Assembly (NCBI GenBank): GCA_037447435.1
Contig: JBBIGR010000053.1
Coordinates: forward strand, 1-30,025
DNA: 30,025 nt
Source: Fibrobacteria bacterium
Lineage (GTDB): Bacteria; Fibrobacterota; Chitinivibrionia; Chitinivibrionales; FEN-1185
Direction of reading: 5' to 3'
Positions within the stretch are counted from its first letter, which is position 1; the number at the start of each line of letters is the position of its first letter. The notes under the pieces are model-generated. The model saw only the letters and a program-made list of their open reading frames with translations. It was not told where the DNA came from and did not search any database. The translations under genes and the position numbers were made by a program. This document shows positions 8,613 through 17,203 of this stretch, in pieces.

Positions 8613-9450
8613 CTGCCTTTGTCAAAGGAAACAGATTGACGTTTACCTGATAAACCCTGTTAACATGAGAATCGGCTTTTGCAATTTCTAAAAGTTCGAG
8701 CCGCATTTGTTCTATTCGTTTGATTGCCATATCGTAGCTTTTTTCGGAAAGGCTGAGCGTTGTATTGGATGTGTTTCGTTCGGTTTTAAGCCTTTCACTG
8801 AGCGACTGTGCGGCAAAATGAACCATAGTTTTGTGAAATGCCCTTGCAATCGTATTGAGCATTTCCTGTTCGCCGATATCGCCGGTTGCCAATGTCTTGT
8901 CTTTTTTTACCAGTTTTCCGCTCTCATTTCTGCCGATAAACCCTTTTTTTTCGAGAAATGCGAGCGAGCCTGCAACGTCGCCCGAATCGACGGAAAAAAG
9001 CAATTTTTTGGCAATCCAATTGGGATCGTCGACAAAATCGGGTAATTCCACCATTTCCCTGATTACACAATGATACCATTTCGCAAGGTAATCAAATTCT
9101 TCAGGTAAAAGCTTTTCAGGCCTGTTTTTTTTTCGGAATTTATTTATCGTGTCGAGGTGCATCCCTTTTTCTTCGAGGGATGTCGCTTGATTAAAAAAAA
9201 CGAGTTCGGTAAAGTAGTCCGCTTGCTTTTTCTTTAAATGCAACCCCGTTATTATCTTTTGAATGCTTTGAGGCGTGAGGTTTTTTTTGCCTTGCATGAC
9301 CAATTTTAAAAAACTGGGCGATGAAAACCCGGTCATTTCGGCAAATAAACTGAAAGTAAATCGATCCGAAGAGGTTTTTTTTCTGGAATAAAATTCCTTT
9401 AAAAAAAGCCTGAAATCGGAAAAATTAAAAATTTCCTTATTGATGTTCAT
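8593..9450 (-). CDS. TIGR02147 family protein (second copy)
   Basis: IFNFSDFRLFLKEFY..KK, SPSFLKLVMQGKKNLT, LVFFNQA, WYHCVIREMV, RNTSNTTL, VYQVNVNLFP. Confidence 0.88.
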   Translation of the reverse strand: MNINKEIFNFSDFRLFLKEFYSRKKTSSDRFTFSLFAEMTGFSSPSFLKLVMQGKKNLTPQSIQKIITGLHLKKKQADYFTELVFFNQATSLEEKGMHLDTINKFRKKNRPEKLLPEEFDYLAKWYHCVIREMVELPDFVDDPNWIAKKLLFSVDSGDVAGSLAFLEKKGFIGRNESGKLVKKDKTLATGDIGEQEMLNTIARAFHKTMVHFAAQSLSERLKTERNTSNTTLSLSEKSYDMAIKRIEQMRLELLEIAKADSHVNRVYQVNVNLFPLTKADAHGKP

Positions 9451-9641
9451 AGTTGCATTCTCAATCAGTATGGTTAAAGAGTGTAAAAGCAGGTGCTTTC
9501 ATACTCATTGTACCACTTTTTATAGGACTATTCTATAATAAAAATAATGAAAAATTTTCCATGTATTATGAAAATCATTTTTACAACAATGTAACATATT
9601 GAAATATAAGGCCTTTAACTAATATAAAAAATAGAATAAAG

Positions 9642-11810
9642 TCATGTTCCAAAGGGGGCCGGATGATTAGGATCCACAATTTCAAGGACCTTTATCAACT
9701 CCTGCAGACTGTACGGTTTTCTTAGTACGGCGGCAAACCCGTACTCATGATAATTTGCGATTTCCACATTTTCGGAATACCCGCTGGAAAGGATAATCGG
9801 AATCGAGGGGGAATAATGCGCAATTTTTTGCGCAAGTTCTTTTCCTCCCATACCTGCGGGCACGGTCAAATCGGTAATGATGAATTTATATGATGAGTTC
9901 GAATTAAAACCGTCTTCAAATTTACTCAGCGCCTCTTCGCCTGTTTCTGCTTCGTCAACATGGTAGCCGAGTTGCTTTAAGAGCATAGACAAAGTCAGAC
10001 GGATGACTTTAACGTCGTCCATAATTAATACCCGCTGTGAATTTTCGTTATAGGGCGCAACGGGAAGAAAATTCGTCTGACTGTCTCCGGATACGGCCAA
10101 GGGAAGATACACGACAAACGTAGATCCTTTGCCGATTTCCGACGATGCGACAATATGGCCGTTGTGGCGTTTTAACACCATGAACGCGATGGCAAGCCCC
10201 AGGCCGTTGCCAGATTTCTTTGTTGTAAAATACGGTTCGAAAATTCTCGGCAAAATATGAGAAGGAATACCGCATCCTTGGTCTGAAAAAGATACGACGA
10301 AATATCGTCCGGCTCCCAGGGAACTTATGTGTTTTTCCGAAATATCCTGGATTGCGCTGCACACTTTAAGTATGCCGCCCGACGGCATTGCCTGGCATGC
10401 ATTGATTACGATGTTTTGAAATACCTGGCGGATTTGACTTTCATCGGCATGTATTCGCACACTTTGTTTGGGTTGATCGAACAATAATTTTACCTTGCTT
10501 CCGCGGGTGGAAAAAGTACATGCGTCGACAAGAATATCCAATACGTTGAAATCTTCGCATACGGGTCTGCCGCCTTTTGCAAAGGTCAACAATTGATGGG
10601 TGAGGCCCCTGGCCTCGAGCGCAGCCCGTTCGCCCTCTGCAAGGACATCATAAACCGCCTTGTTTTGTTCCGTGTTGATTTTTGCATAGCTGAAACTGGA
10701 AACAATGCCGCAGAGAAAATTGTTGAAATCATGGGCTATTCCTCCGGCCAAAACGCCGAGAGCTTCAAGTTTCTGCGTGCGCAATTGCTCGGCTTCTACT
10801 TGTTTCATTTGGGTGATGTCGCGTATCGTCAGAATATAATGCAACGTTTCGTCTGCTGCGCTCAGGTTTGTTTTAGTGATGATGGTCGAACGCTTGATTC
10901 CCGCAACATTGAATTCGATTTCAAAATTGTAAAAAGATTTTTCCGAGGCGATTTCGGGAATGATGTCGGGAATTGAAAGCGTTTGAATGGTCTCGGGTTT
11001 GAGTCCGAAAAGTTCGATGGCCGCATCATTTGCCCGGACAACGACTCCGGTTTGATCCAGTAAAAATATCGCATCCCCCGATTCTTTGAAGACCTTATCC
11101 AGAATTTCTTCGAGCTGGTGTATATTGACGGTGAGAAAATTGTGCCTGCGGACCGACCAATAGGCGAACAATTCAATTATAATAGCCGCAATTGATCCGT
11201 ACGTAGAAAGTCTTTGGGTATGAAAAAACGTCGGCGCGATGAGGTGTATACAAACAAGGTAAAAAAAGGACGTTAATATCCCGCAGAGCCAAATAAACAC
11301 TCTTTTTTTATACGATTTGTCCTTTTCCTTCAAGTAGGAGATCACCGCAAGCCCAAGCCCGTAGAGGAAAATCGGGGAAACGTAAACCGCGAATATGATC
11401 CAAAAAATCGCATTCGGCAAGGGCGTATTTATACCGCCGACTATGTTGATGGTGCTTTTATGCATGGGTAAATCGATAAGCGGTAATACGATTGCAATGC
11501 AGGTCGCAAAAAGGCAAATGAAGAAAATCGTGTCCGTTTTCTTTTTGACAAGAGCATAAAAGAAATACAGGACCATGAGGTTGGTCACGAAGAAAATGCT
11601 CGTAGCCGCTTCGAGCAGCAAGTGGCTGGTTTTACCGGGCGGTAAAACACGCATGCAGAAATCACAAAAAGTCAAAAAGAAAAATGCCGCCGCTAATCCC
11701 AAAAAAGCATTGTTCAAACGGTTTTTCCGGCGTTGACCATAGACATATCCGAACAAAAATAAGGTAAAGAATGGCGAAGCAAGCAGTATAGTGGTACTGT
11801 ACAGGATCAT
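9642..11810 (-). CDS. Hybrid sensor histidine kinase: multi-TM (HisKA_7TM-like) sensor, PAS, HisKA, HATPase, receiver
   Basis: About 7 hydrophobic segments; GDAIFLLD...ANDAA PAS; LAGGIAHDFNN; QNIVINACQAM, DQGCGI, FEPYFTTK, GNGLGL; LIMDD...ITDLTVP...KP receiver. Confidence 0.92.
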   Translation of the reverse strand: MILYSTTILLASPFFTLFLFGYVYGQRRKNRLNNAFLGLAAAFFFLTFCDFCMRVLPPGKTSHLLLEAATSIFFVTNLMVLYFFYALVKKKTDTIFFICLFATCIAIVLPLIDLPMHKSTINIVGGINTPLPNAIFWIIFAVYVSPIFLYGLGLAVISYLKEKDKSYKKRVFIWLCGILTSFFYLVCIHLIAPTFFHTQRLSTYGSIAAIIIELFAYWSVRRHNFLTVNIHQLEEILDKVFKESGDAIFLLDQTGVVVRANDAAIELFGLKPETIQTLSIPDIIPEIASEKSFYNFEIEFNVAGIKRSTIITKTNLSAADETLHYILTIRDITQMKQVEAEQLRTQKLEALGVLAGGIAHDFNNFLCGIVSSFSYAKINTEQNKAVYDVLAEGERAALEARGLTHQLLTFAKGGRPVCEDFNVLDILVDACTFSTRGSKVKLLFDQPKQSVRIHADESQIRQVFQNIVINACQAMPSGGILKVCSAIQDISEKHISSLGAGRYFVVSFSDQGCGIPSHILPRIFEPYFTTKKSGNGLGLAIAFMVLKRHNGHIVASSEIGKGSTFVVYLPLAVSGDSQTNFLPVAPYNENSQRVLIMDDVKVIRLTLSMLLKQLGYHVDEAETGEEALSKFEDGFNSNSSYKFIITDLTVPAGMGGKELAQKIAHYSPSIPIILSSGYSENVEIANYHEYGFAAVLRKPYSLQELIKVLEIVDPNHPAPFGT

Positions 11811-11894
11811 AGGCGGAGGAAATCGGAATATGTTTTTCAGTCAATACGGCCGTTTGACAGAAAATATATGATACGATTAAAGAAAACCTAATTT

Positions 11895-12725
11895 TTAATG
11901 GCTTCCATTGCTTCGAGCGATTGAAGCGCCGGCATTAAATTTGTAACGGTATTTTTTATAATAGAACAACAGGTACAGCAATATCGAGATTGCCGCAAAA
12001 GGTACGTAATAAAGCATTTCTTCGATAGTGGTTCTTGCGGTTAAAAGATTAAACGGCATGATGCTTCTTTCCTCGACCATATACCATAAATTGAATATGC
12101 CGATGCAAATGTATTCCCAGACCACGCCGGTTGCCCAAATGATTGAAAGTGTCAGGAAAAACGCCGAAATGTCGGATCGTTTATGCGCTAATCCCGTAAA
12201 AATCAGAATGGACATGAATGGGGAAAATGCATAAAAGAAAATGATGTTTTCCAAAATGAAAGTGACGTCATTTCCTATATGTATTGCAAATACCGTACTA
12301 TTTGTGTAAATCCAACCCGATTTTGTCCATATCAAGAGCGTCTCCAAAACAAGCAAAAGAATCCATACGAAAAAAATACTCGGAAAGCAAAGTTTCAGAT
12401 CGACATGACGAATCCATGCTTTAAAGAAAGCCAACGCGAGCATCGTCCCGGAAAAAAAAGCCAAAAAATATCCGATTTGATGCGGCCTCGAGGGCGCAAG
12501 TTTATGCCAAATCAAGAATATTATGCAAACGACAATGGCGAAAAATCCCAAAAAAAGAATGTCTTTCCATAAAGGGGTTTTAAGCCGTTGTTCGATCCTG
12601 TTTTCCAAGCGAGGGTGATACCGGTATTTCGAAAAAACCGGAACATACAAAAGAGCGGTAACGACATATAAGAGTAATTCCAAAGACAAATAAAGATATT
12701 TTAAGAAAAAGGAGAGGATTACCAT
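11895..12725 (-). CDS. Integral membrane protein with two lycopene-cyclase-domain-like (CarR/CrtY membrane type) repeats
   Basis: Repeated E...GWIY...LENIIFF and WE...LWYM...TTIEEMLYY motifs within hydrophobic helices. Confidence 0.55.
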   Translation of the reverse strand: MVILSFFLKYLYLSLELLLYVVTALLYVPVFSKYRYHPRLENRIEQRLKTPLWKDILFLGFFAIVVCIIFLIWHKLAPSRPHQIGYFLAFFSGTMLALAFFKAWIRHVDLKLCFPSIFFVWILLLVLETLLIWTKSGWIYTNSTVFAIHIGNDVTFILENIIFFYAFSPFMSILIFTGLAHKRSDISAFFLTLSIIWATGVVWEYICIGIFNLWYMVEERSIMPFNLLTARTTIEEMLYYVPFAAISILLYLLFYYKKYRYKFNAGASIARSNGSH

Positions 12726-12860
12726 AACATCAATGTCTTTCTTTCATAAAAAAGTATTGCAAATTACGGTTTATGCTCTAAGGGATGCGCATAACGATAA
12801 CTATAAAAAAGAATTACGTAAAACTTTTATGACAAACGGATAAACCTGCGTAAATTTGAT

Positions 12861-13508
12861 TTACAAATTTGCAGTAGTTGTCGATGGCAAAATCGAGGGG
12901 CTGCGGAATTCGAACGTTTGCACCCGCACCCAATTGTTCGGTTGCGCATCGAATTTGGGCCAAAGCGTTAAGAACCCTGGCGTTTGTTTTGTAACCGTAT
13001 CGCTGGACAAAGAGACAAAACAATCGGCTTTTTTTAATGAAAAATTTTCCGGTGCAATTGTGCTTTTTTGATTGTATCCGGAAATATGTCCGTCAAAGCT
13101 CTTGAATGATAAAATCTCCCTGACAGCATTTCCATACCATGAAGGGGTTTCATGGTTCGGCGAGTTCTGGTCGATCCCGGGGTTTTGCTGCAAATGAATG
13201 GCCATTTCCTTTAAAATGATAAAGTTTTCCCGGCGCTCGGAGCTGGTTTTTGCTTGGTTAAAAAGAACAAGATGCCGGAAAAACACGGCTTCACTTTTAT
13301 TAAATCCGATCGCTTTTGCGAATTTATCTATGGTTTTGCTCGATAAATTTCTCTTGCCTTCGATAACCACTTTCAGGAAATTGGGAGAATTAATATTTGC
13401 CCGTCGTGAAAAATACCGGTAGGAAAAATGTTTTTTCTCAGCTTTTAATTCCGTATAATAGTCTTTGAGGAAAATACGGTAATTGAGATATTGAAATATG
13501 GATTTCAT
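12861..13508 (-). CDS. Truncated/divergent TIGR02147 family protein (N-terminal domain intact, DUF4423 region missing)
   Basis: IFQYLNYRIFLKDYY...FSYRYFS...SPNFLKVVIEGKRNLS...LVLFNQA and SWYGNAVRE; after that no match to the other two copies; 215 aa versus 285 aa. Confidence 0.8.
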   Translation of the reverse strand: MKSIFQYLNYRIFLKDYYTELKAEKKHFSYRYFSRRANINSPNFLKVVIEGKRNLSSKTIDKFAKAIGFNKSEAVFFRHLVLFNQAKTSSERRENFIILKEMAIHLQQNPGIDQNSPNHETPSWYGNAVREILSFKSFDGHISGYNQKSTIAPENFSLKKADCFVSLSSDTVTKQTPGFLTLWPKFDAQPNNWVRVQTFEFRSPSILPSTTTANL

Positions 13509-13761
13509 AATTTAGCCTGGTTAACATCGATGAATTGAACCAAAATATCAATAACAATATACAAGCAATTTTGAGATTTTTTTCAATAAAACAAAACCGA
13601 TTCGATAAAACCGTTCTCAAATTGAGTACTGATGCAATTATACCACTTCGTAAAAAAAAATGCCCTAATTTAATGAATAAACCCTTGTTTAAACGAGCGG
13701 ATATCAAAATAGGTAAAAGAGTTTTTCTGCGTATCTGATGTTCCGCTTAACGAGGCTAAAG

Positions 13762-13773
13762 GTATATTTATAC
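13762..13773 (+). promoter_or_regulatory. GTATATTTATAC element 4 nt upstream of ATG
   Basis: Identical to 5498-5509 (minus strand) in sequence and spacing. Confidence 0.5.
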
Positions 13774-13777
13774 GTAA

Positions 13778-14941
13778 ATGATCAAACCTTTCGATATTAT
13801 CGTCATTGGGTCCGGACCTGCCGGTTTAAATGCCGGGTTGCATATTCTTTCGAGCAACCCTCAACCGTCCGTATTATTGGTCGATAAACAAGCTTCCTGG
13901 GAAGAGCCTATCGCCTGTGCCGAGGGGGTTTGGTGCGAGCCGCTTCATGAAGCTATCGAGGTAAAAAAAGAATGGGTACGATTATTAATTAGCAAAGCTG
14001 TCTTGCATTCACCGAACGGTAATTGCATAACTTATTTCGACAAAGACAAAGGATGCATAATAAACAGGGCCAAAATGCAGGGGGATATGGCGCAAGACTG
14101 CATGGCCAAAGGGGCAAACACAAAATTTAACGATCGTGTTATAGATGTTTCGACTGCGGAAAACGGTTTCCGATGTGTAAAATTTCAATCGGGTACGACC
14201 GAATTCGCAAAAATCGTTATCGACGCCTCCGGCCCGCTATCCAAATTCGGGAAATCCGAATCTCTTCAATGTAAACCCCAAGATCTGGAACCAGCTTATT
14301 TCGGTATTGCCGAAAACACGGGTATTGAAAATGATGCGATTCATGTTTTCTTAGGGAAGTCGATTGCTCCCGGCGGTTATGCGTGGGCTTTTCCAAGGGA
14401 AGACGGTACAGCAAACGTCGGCCTGGTAATAGGGGCCGATTTCAAGGGTAAAGTCGATATCAAATCGCTAATGCAAATGTTTTTAAATCAATATTATCCT
14501 CACGCTTCAATGGTGAGCCGCTTTGCCGGTACGATTCCGTGCGAGGCTAAGCCCGCATGTATTGCAGTACCGGGACTTATTAAAACCGGGGATGCGGCAG
14601 GTACCGTAAACCCGATTTCACGTGCGGGAATCACGGAAGCGCTTTGTTGCGGCGGTTTGGCCGGAGAGTTTGCCGTGTCTATGCTGCGCGCAAAAACTAG
14701 TTTGCAAAAGAAAGATATATGTCGCGAATACCGGGACGCATGGGTCGATAAAATCGGCGCTAAGCACGGAAAATTATCTCGTGTTAAGAAGGCTCTGGCC
14801 AAAATTCCCGATACCGATTATAACAAGGCGTTCGGCGCGCTCAGCAAAATACCTCAAGACAAATTGACAATTTCAAAAATTATCAGACTGAGTCTCGGGC
14901 GTTCGCCCGGCCTGGTTTTTGCAATGCGGCATTTAATGTAA
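13778..14941 (+). CDS. Geranylgeranyl reductase family FAD-dependent oxidoreductase
   Basis: DIIVIGSGPAG, PIACAEG, PGGYAWAFP (PxxYxWxFP), GDAAG...P...AGI. Confidence 0.88.
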   Translation: MIKPFDIIVIGSGPAGLNAGLHILSSNPQPSVLLVDKQASWEEPIACAEGVWCEPLHEAIEVKKEWVRLLISKAVLHSPNGNCITYFDKDKGCIINRAKMQGDMAQDCMAKGANTKFNDRVIDVSTAENGFRCVKFQSGTTEFAKIVIDASGPLSKFGKSESLQCKPQDLEPAYFGIAENTGIENDAIHVFLGKSIAPGGYAWAFPREDGTANVGLVIGADFKGKVDIKSLMQMFLNQYYPHASMVSRFAGTIPCEAKPACIAVPGLIKTGDAAGTVNPISRAGITEALCCGGLAGEFAVSMLRAKTSLQKKDICREYRDAWVDKIGAKHGKLSRVKKALAKIPDTDYNKAFGALSKIPQDKLTISKIIRLSLGRSPGLVFAMRHLM

Positions 14942-14946
14942 TGGTT

Positions 14947-15912
14947 TTACGTCGCAACGTCTTCCGCTCTCATGCGCTCATAAAATTTGACATACCCGTC
15001 TACCTTTCCTCCGTCGCGCTGCGTATCGACGTATTTTAATGCGTCAAGCGGATGCGTATTGAGCATCCCCGCGATCATATAGGGAATATTGTACCCCCAT
15101 TCCATTTCTTTGCGAAGAGGAAGAATGGTCGATTCGATCACTTCGATGATCGGGCTGATGTCGAATTTCGGGTTTTTAAGAAAAGCAAGCAACAATTCCA
15201 ACGGGCAATTGCCGGCAGCCCTGCCAAAGCCGTACAAGGTGCCGTCGAGGTAATTGACGTTCTTTATAATTGCTTCGATGGTATTTGCATACGCAAGTTG
15301 CATGGAATTATGACAATGTATACCGATTTCCTTGGTTTTAAGATACCGTTGAAACTTGTGCACTAAATAATCGATGTCTTCACTGTATAAAGCGCCAAAG
15401 CTGTCCACGATGTAGCAGGCAGTAATGGAAGTTTCACTTTCGATTTGCTGCAAGGCCTCGTCCAAATCCCGTTCCAACACATGTGAAATTGCCATTATAT
15501 TGATTGTTGCTTCATAGCCTTTTTTTATCGCGTTATTTGCAAGTGCTATGGCCTTGTCGACGTCTTTCACATAGGTGGCGACCCGGACAATATCGATTAT
15601 GCTTTCCGATTTCGGAATGATGTCGTCGCCGGACGCTTTATGCGCATCCTGCATGACCGCGATTTTAGCCGTTTTTTCGATTCCCGCGGTCGCTTTTATC
15701 AACATGTCTTCTTCGCAGAAGCGCCAATCCCCGTACAGATCGGGAGAAAAATGTTCTTTGCTGTTTTTATAACCGAGTTCGATAATGTCGACGCCGGCTC
15801 TGCTGCAGGCTGAATAGATGCTTCGAACAGTTTCCAAAGTAAATTTCGATTTGTTCATCAATCCGCCGTCCCGAATCGTACAATCGACAACTTTAATTTG
15901 TGGTCTGAACAT
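14947..15912 (-). CDS. DRE-TIM metallolyase, 4-hydroxy-2-oxovalerate aldolase-like
   Basis: DCTIRDGG, YIVDSFG, GIHCHNSMQLAYAN, GFGRAAGNCPLE; start MFRPQIK follows an AAGGAAG RBS. Confidence 0.85.
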   Translation of the reverse strand: MFRPQIKVVDCTIRDGGLMNKSKFTLETVRSIYSACSRAGVDIIELGYKNSKEHFSPDLYGDWRFCEEDMLIKATAGIEKTAKIAVMQDAHKASGDDIIPKSESIIDIVRVATYVKDVDKAIALANNAIKKGYEATINIMAISHVLERDLDEALQQIESETSITACYIVDSFGALYSEDIDYLVHKFQRYLKTKEIGIHCHNSMQLAYANTIEAIIKNVNYLDGTLYGFGRAAGNCPLELLLAFLKNPKFDISPIIEVIESTILPLRKEMEWGYNIPYMIAGMLNTHPLDALKYVDTQRDGGKVDGYVKFYERMRAEDVAT

Positions 15913-16133
15913 GTCGGCTTCCTTTATAGTATGTTTTTTAAACACGCTTTTCCAATGGGAAAAAACAATGTCGTGGTACTGCTCTGATCGAGAGATAGTA
16001 AAGTGAAAAATAGTACATGTTTTATTGAATAGGGAGCATGATTTCATACAAATGACTCTCCTGCAATACTCATACCCCTATTATTTTAATTTCACTGACC
16101 GGATAGGTGAATATGACGTTACCTGGGGGAACA

Positions 16134-17198
16134 ATGGCAACGGATATGATGTTTCTTCCTACTGCAATAGGCAGTTTGCCGCACAAGGATGCGGAAGCGG
16201 CGGTTGATCTGGTGTTGGATTCGATTCCGCAATGCCCGCATTGGCCGCAACTACCCAATCTCGGCTTGCGTCAGCGTATGGAAATTCAGTTTACCGAAGG
16301 TTTTCCCGGCGCAGTCATCGACGAGGCCAATGCGAGACTGTTTTTCGACACGTCTGATGAGGAAAAATGCGCCGAAGAATTGTCGGCTTTTTATGAAAAG
16401 TATATGAATGCGCAGGAATCCGACAATTGGTCCGTTTTTGCGATGTCCGACCGGTATGCCCCCGGCATCTCCCTATTGGAATCCGAAATGAGCCGCAGGG
16501 CCATACGGCCGTCGTGGCTTAAGGTGCAAATTACCGGGCCGTTGACCATCGGGCTTTGTTGTAAAGATGAAAAAAACAGGCCTATATATCTAAACGAAGG
16601 ATTCCGGGATAGCATCGTTAAAGGATTGGCTGCTAAAGCAAGGTGGCAAATCGACACGTTTAAAGACTATTGCGACAACCTCATTTGTTTCATCGACGAG
16701 CCGATGCTTTACAAATTCGATGTGTCTTCCGAGGAACCGTTTCCGTACGAGGATGGTGTTGCCGCCGTGGCGGAAATTGCCGAAGCCGTTCACGGCGCGG
16801 GCGCATTATGCGGCGTGCATTGCTGCGGAAAAGCGCCGTGGACGATAGCAATGGACGCAGGGGTGGATATTCTCAGCTTCGACGCCATTACCTTCGGCGA
16901 TTCGATGCTTGCGTATGCAAACGAACTTAAAGCTTTTCTTGAAAACGATAATTATCTGGCATGGGGGATTGTGCCGACATCCGACAGGATTACGGAAGAT
17001 ACTGTCGGGCCGCTTATTGCGAAATATGATGAAATCGTCGGGATGTTGGCGGGACAGGGGTTAGACAAAAATATGATTTTCAAGCAAACGATACTCACCC
17101 CTTCCTGCGGTACGGGAACGTTATCGGTTGCGTCGGCCCGGCACGTCTATGAAACGGTGCGTACTCTGTCGGCCGCTCTAAAGGAAAGAGGTTTGTAG
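16134..17198 (+). CDS. Core (single-domain) MetE-like methionine synthase, MesB/Dehalococcoides core-MetE type
   Basis: TAIGSLPH, WPQLP, KVQITGPLT, FIDEP, zinc motif GVHCC...TPSCG, LAWGIVPT; start follows a GGGGGA RBS. Confidence 0.75.
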   Translation: MATDMMFLPTAIGSLPHKDAEAAVDLVLDSIPQCPHWPQLPNLGLRQRMEIQFTEGFPGAVIDEANARLFFDTSDEEKCAEELSAFYEKYMNAQESDNWSVFAMSDRYAPGISLLESEMSRRAIRPSWLKVQITGPLTIGLCCKDEKNRPIYLNEGFRDSIVKGLAAKARWQIDTFKDYCDNLICFIDEPMLYKFDVSSEEPFPYEDGVAAVAEIAEAVHGAGALCGVHCCGKAPWTIAMDAGVDILSFDAITFGDSMLAYANELKAFLENDNYLAWGIVPTSDRITEDTVGPLIAKYDEIVGMLAGQGLDKNMIFKQTILTPSCGTGTLSVASARHVYETVRTLSAALKERGL

Positions 17199-17203
17199 GG
17201 CTT

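Noticed and set aside
16028..16084. Hairpin (AATAGGG...CCCTATT) upstream of the methionine-synthase-like gene as a SAM or cobalamin riboswitch
   Set aside because: The conserved core sequences of those riboswitches are not evident; would need an Rfam scan
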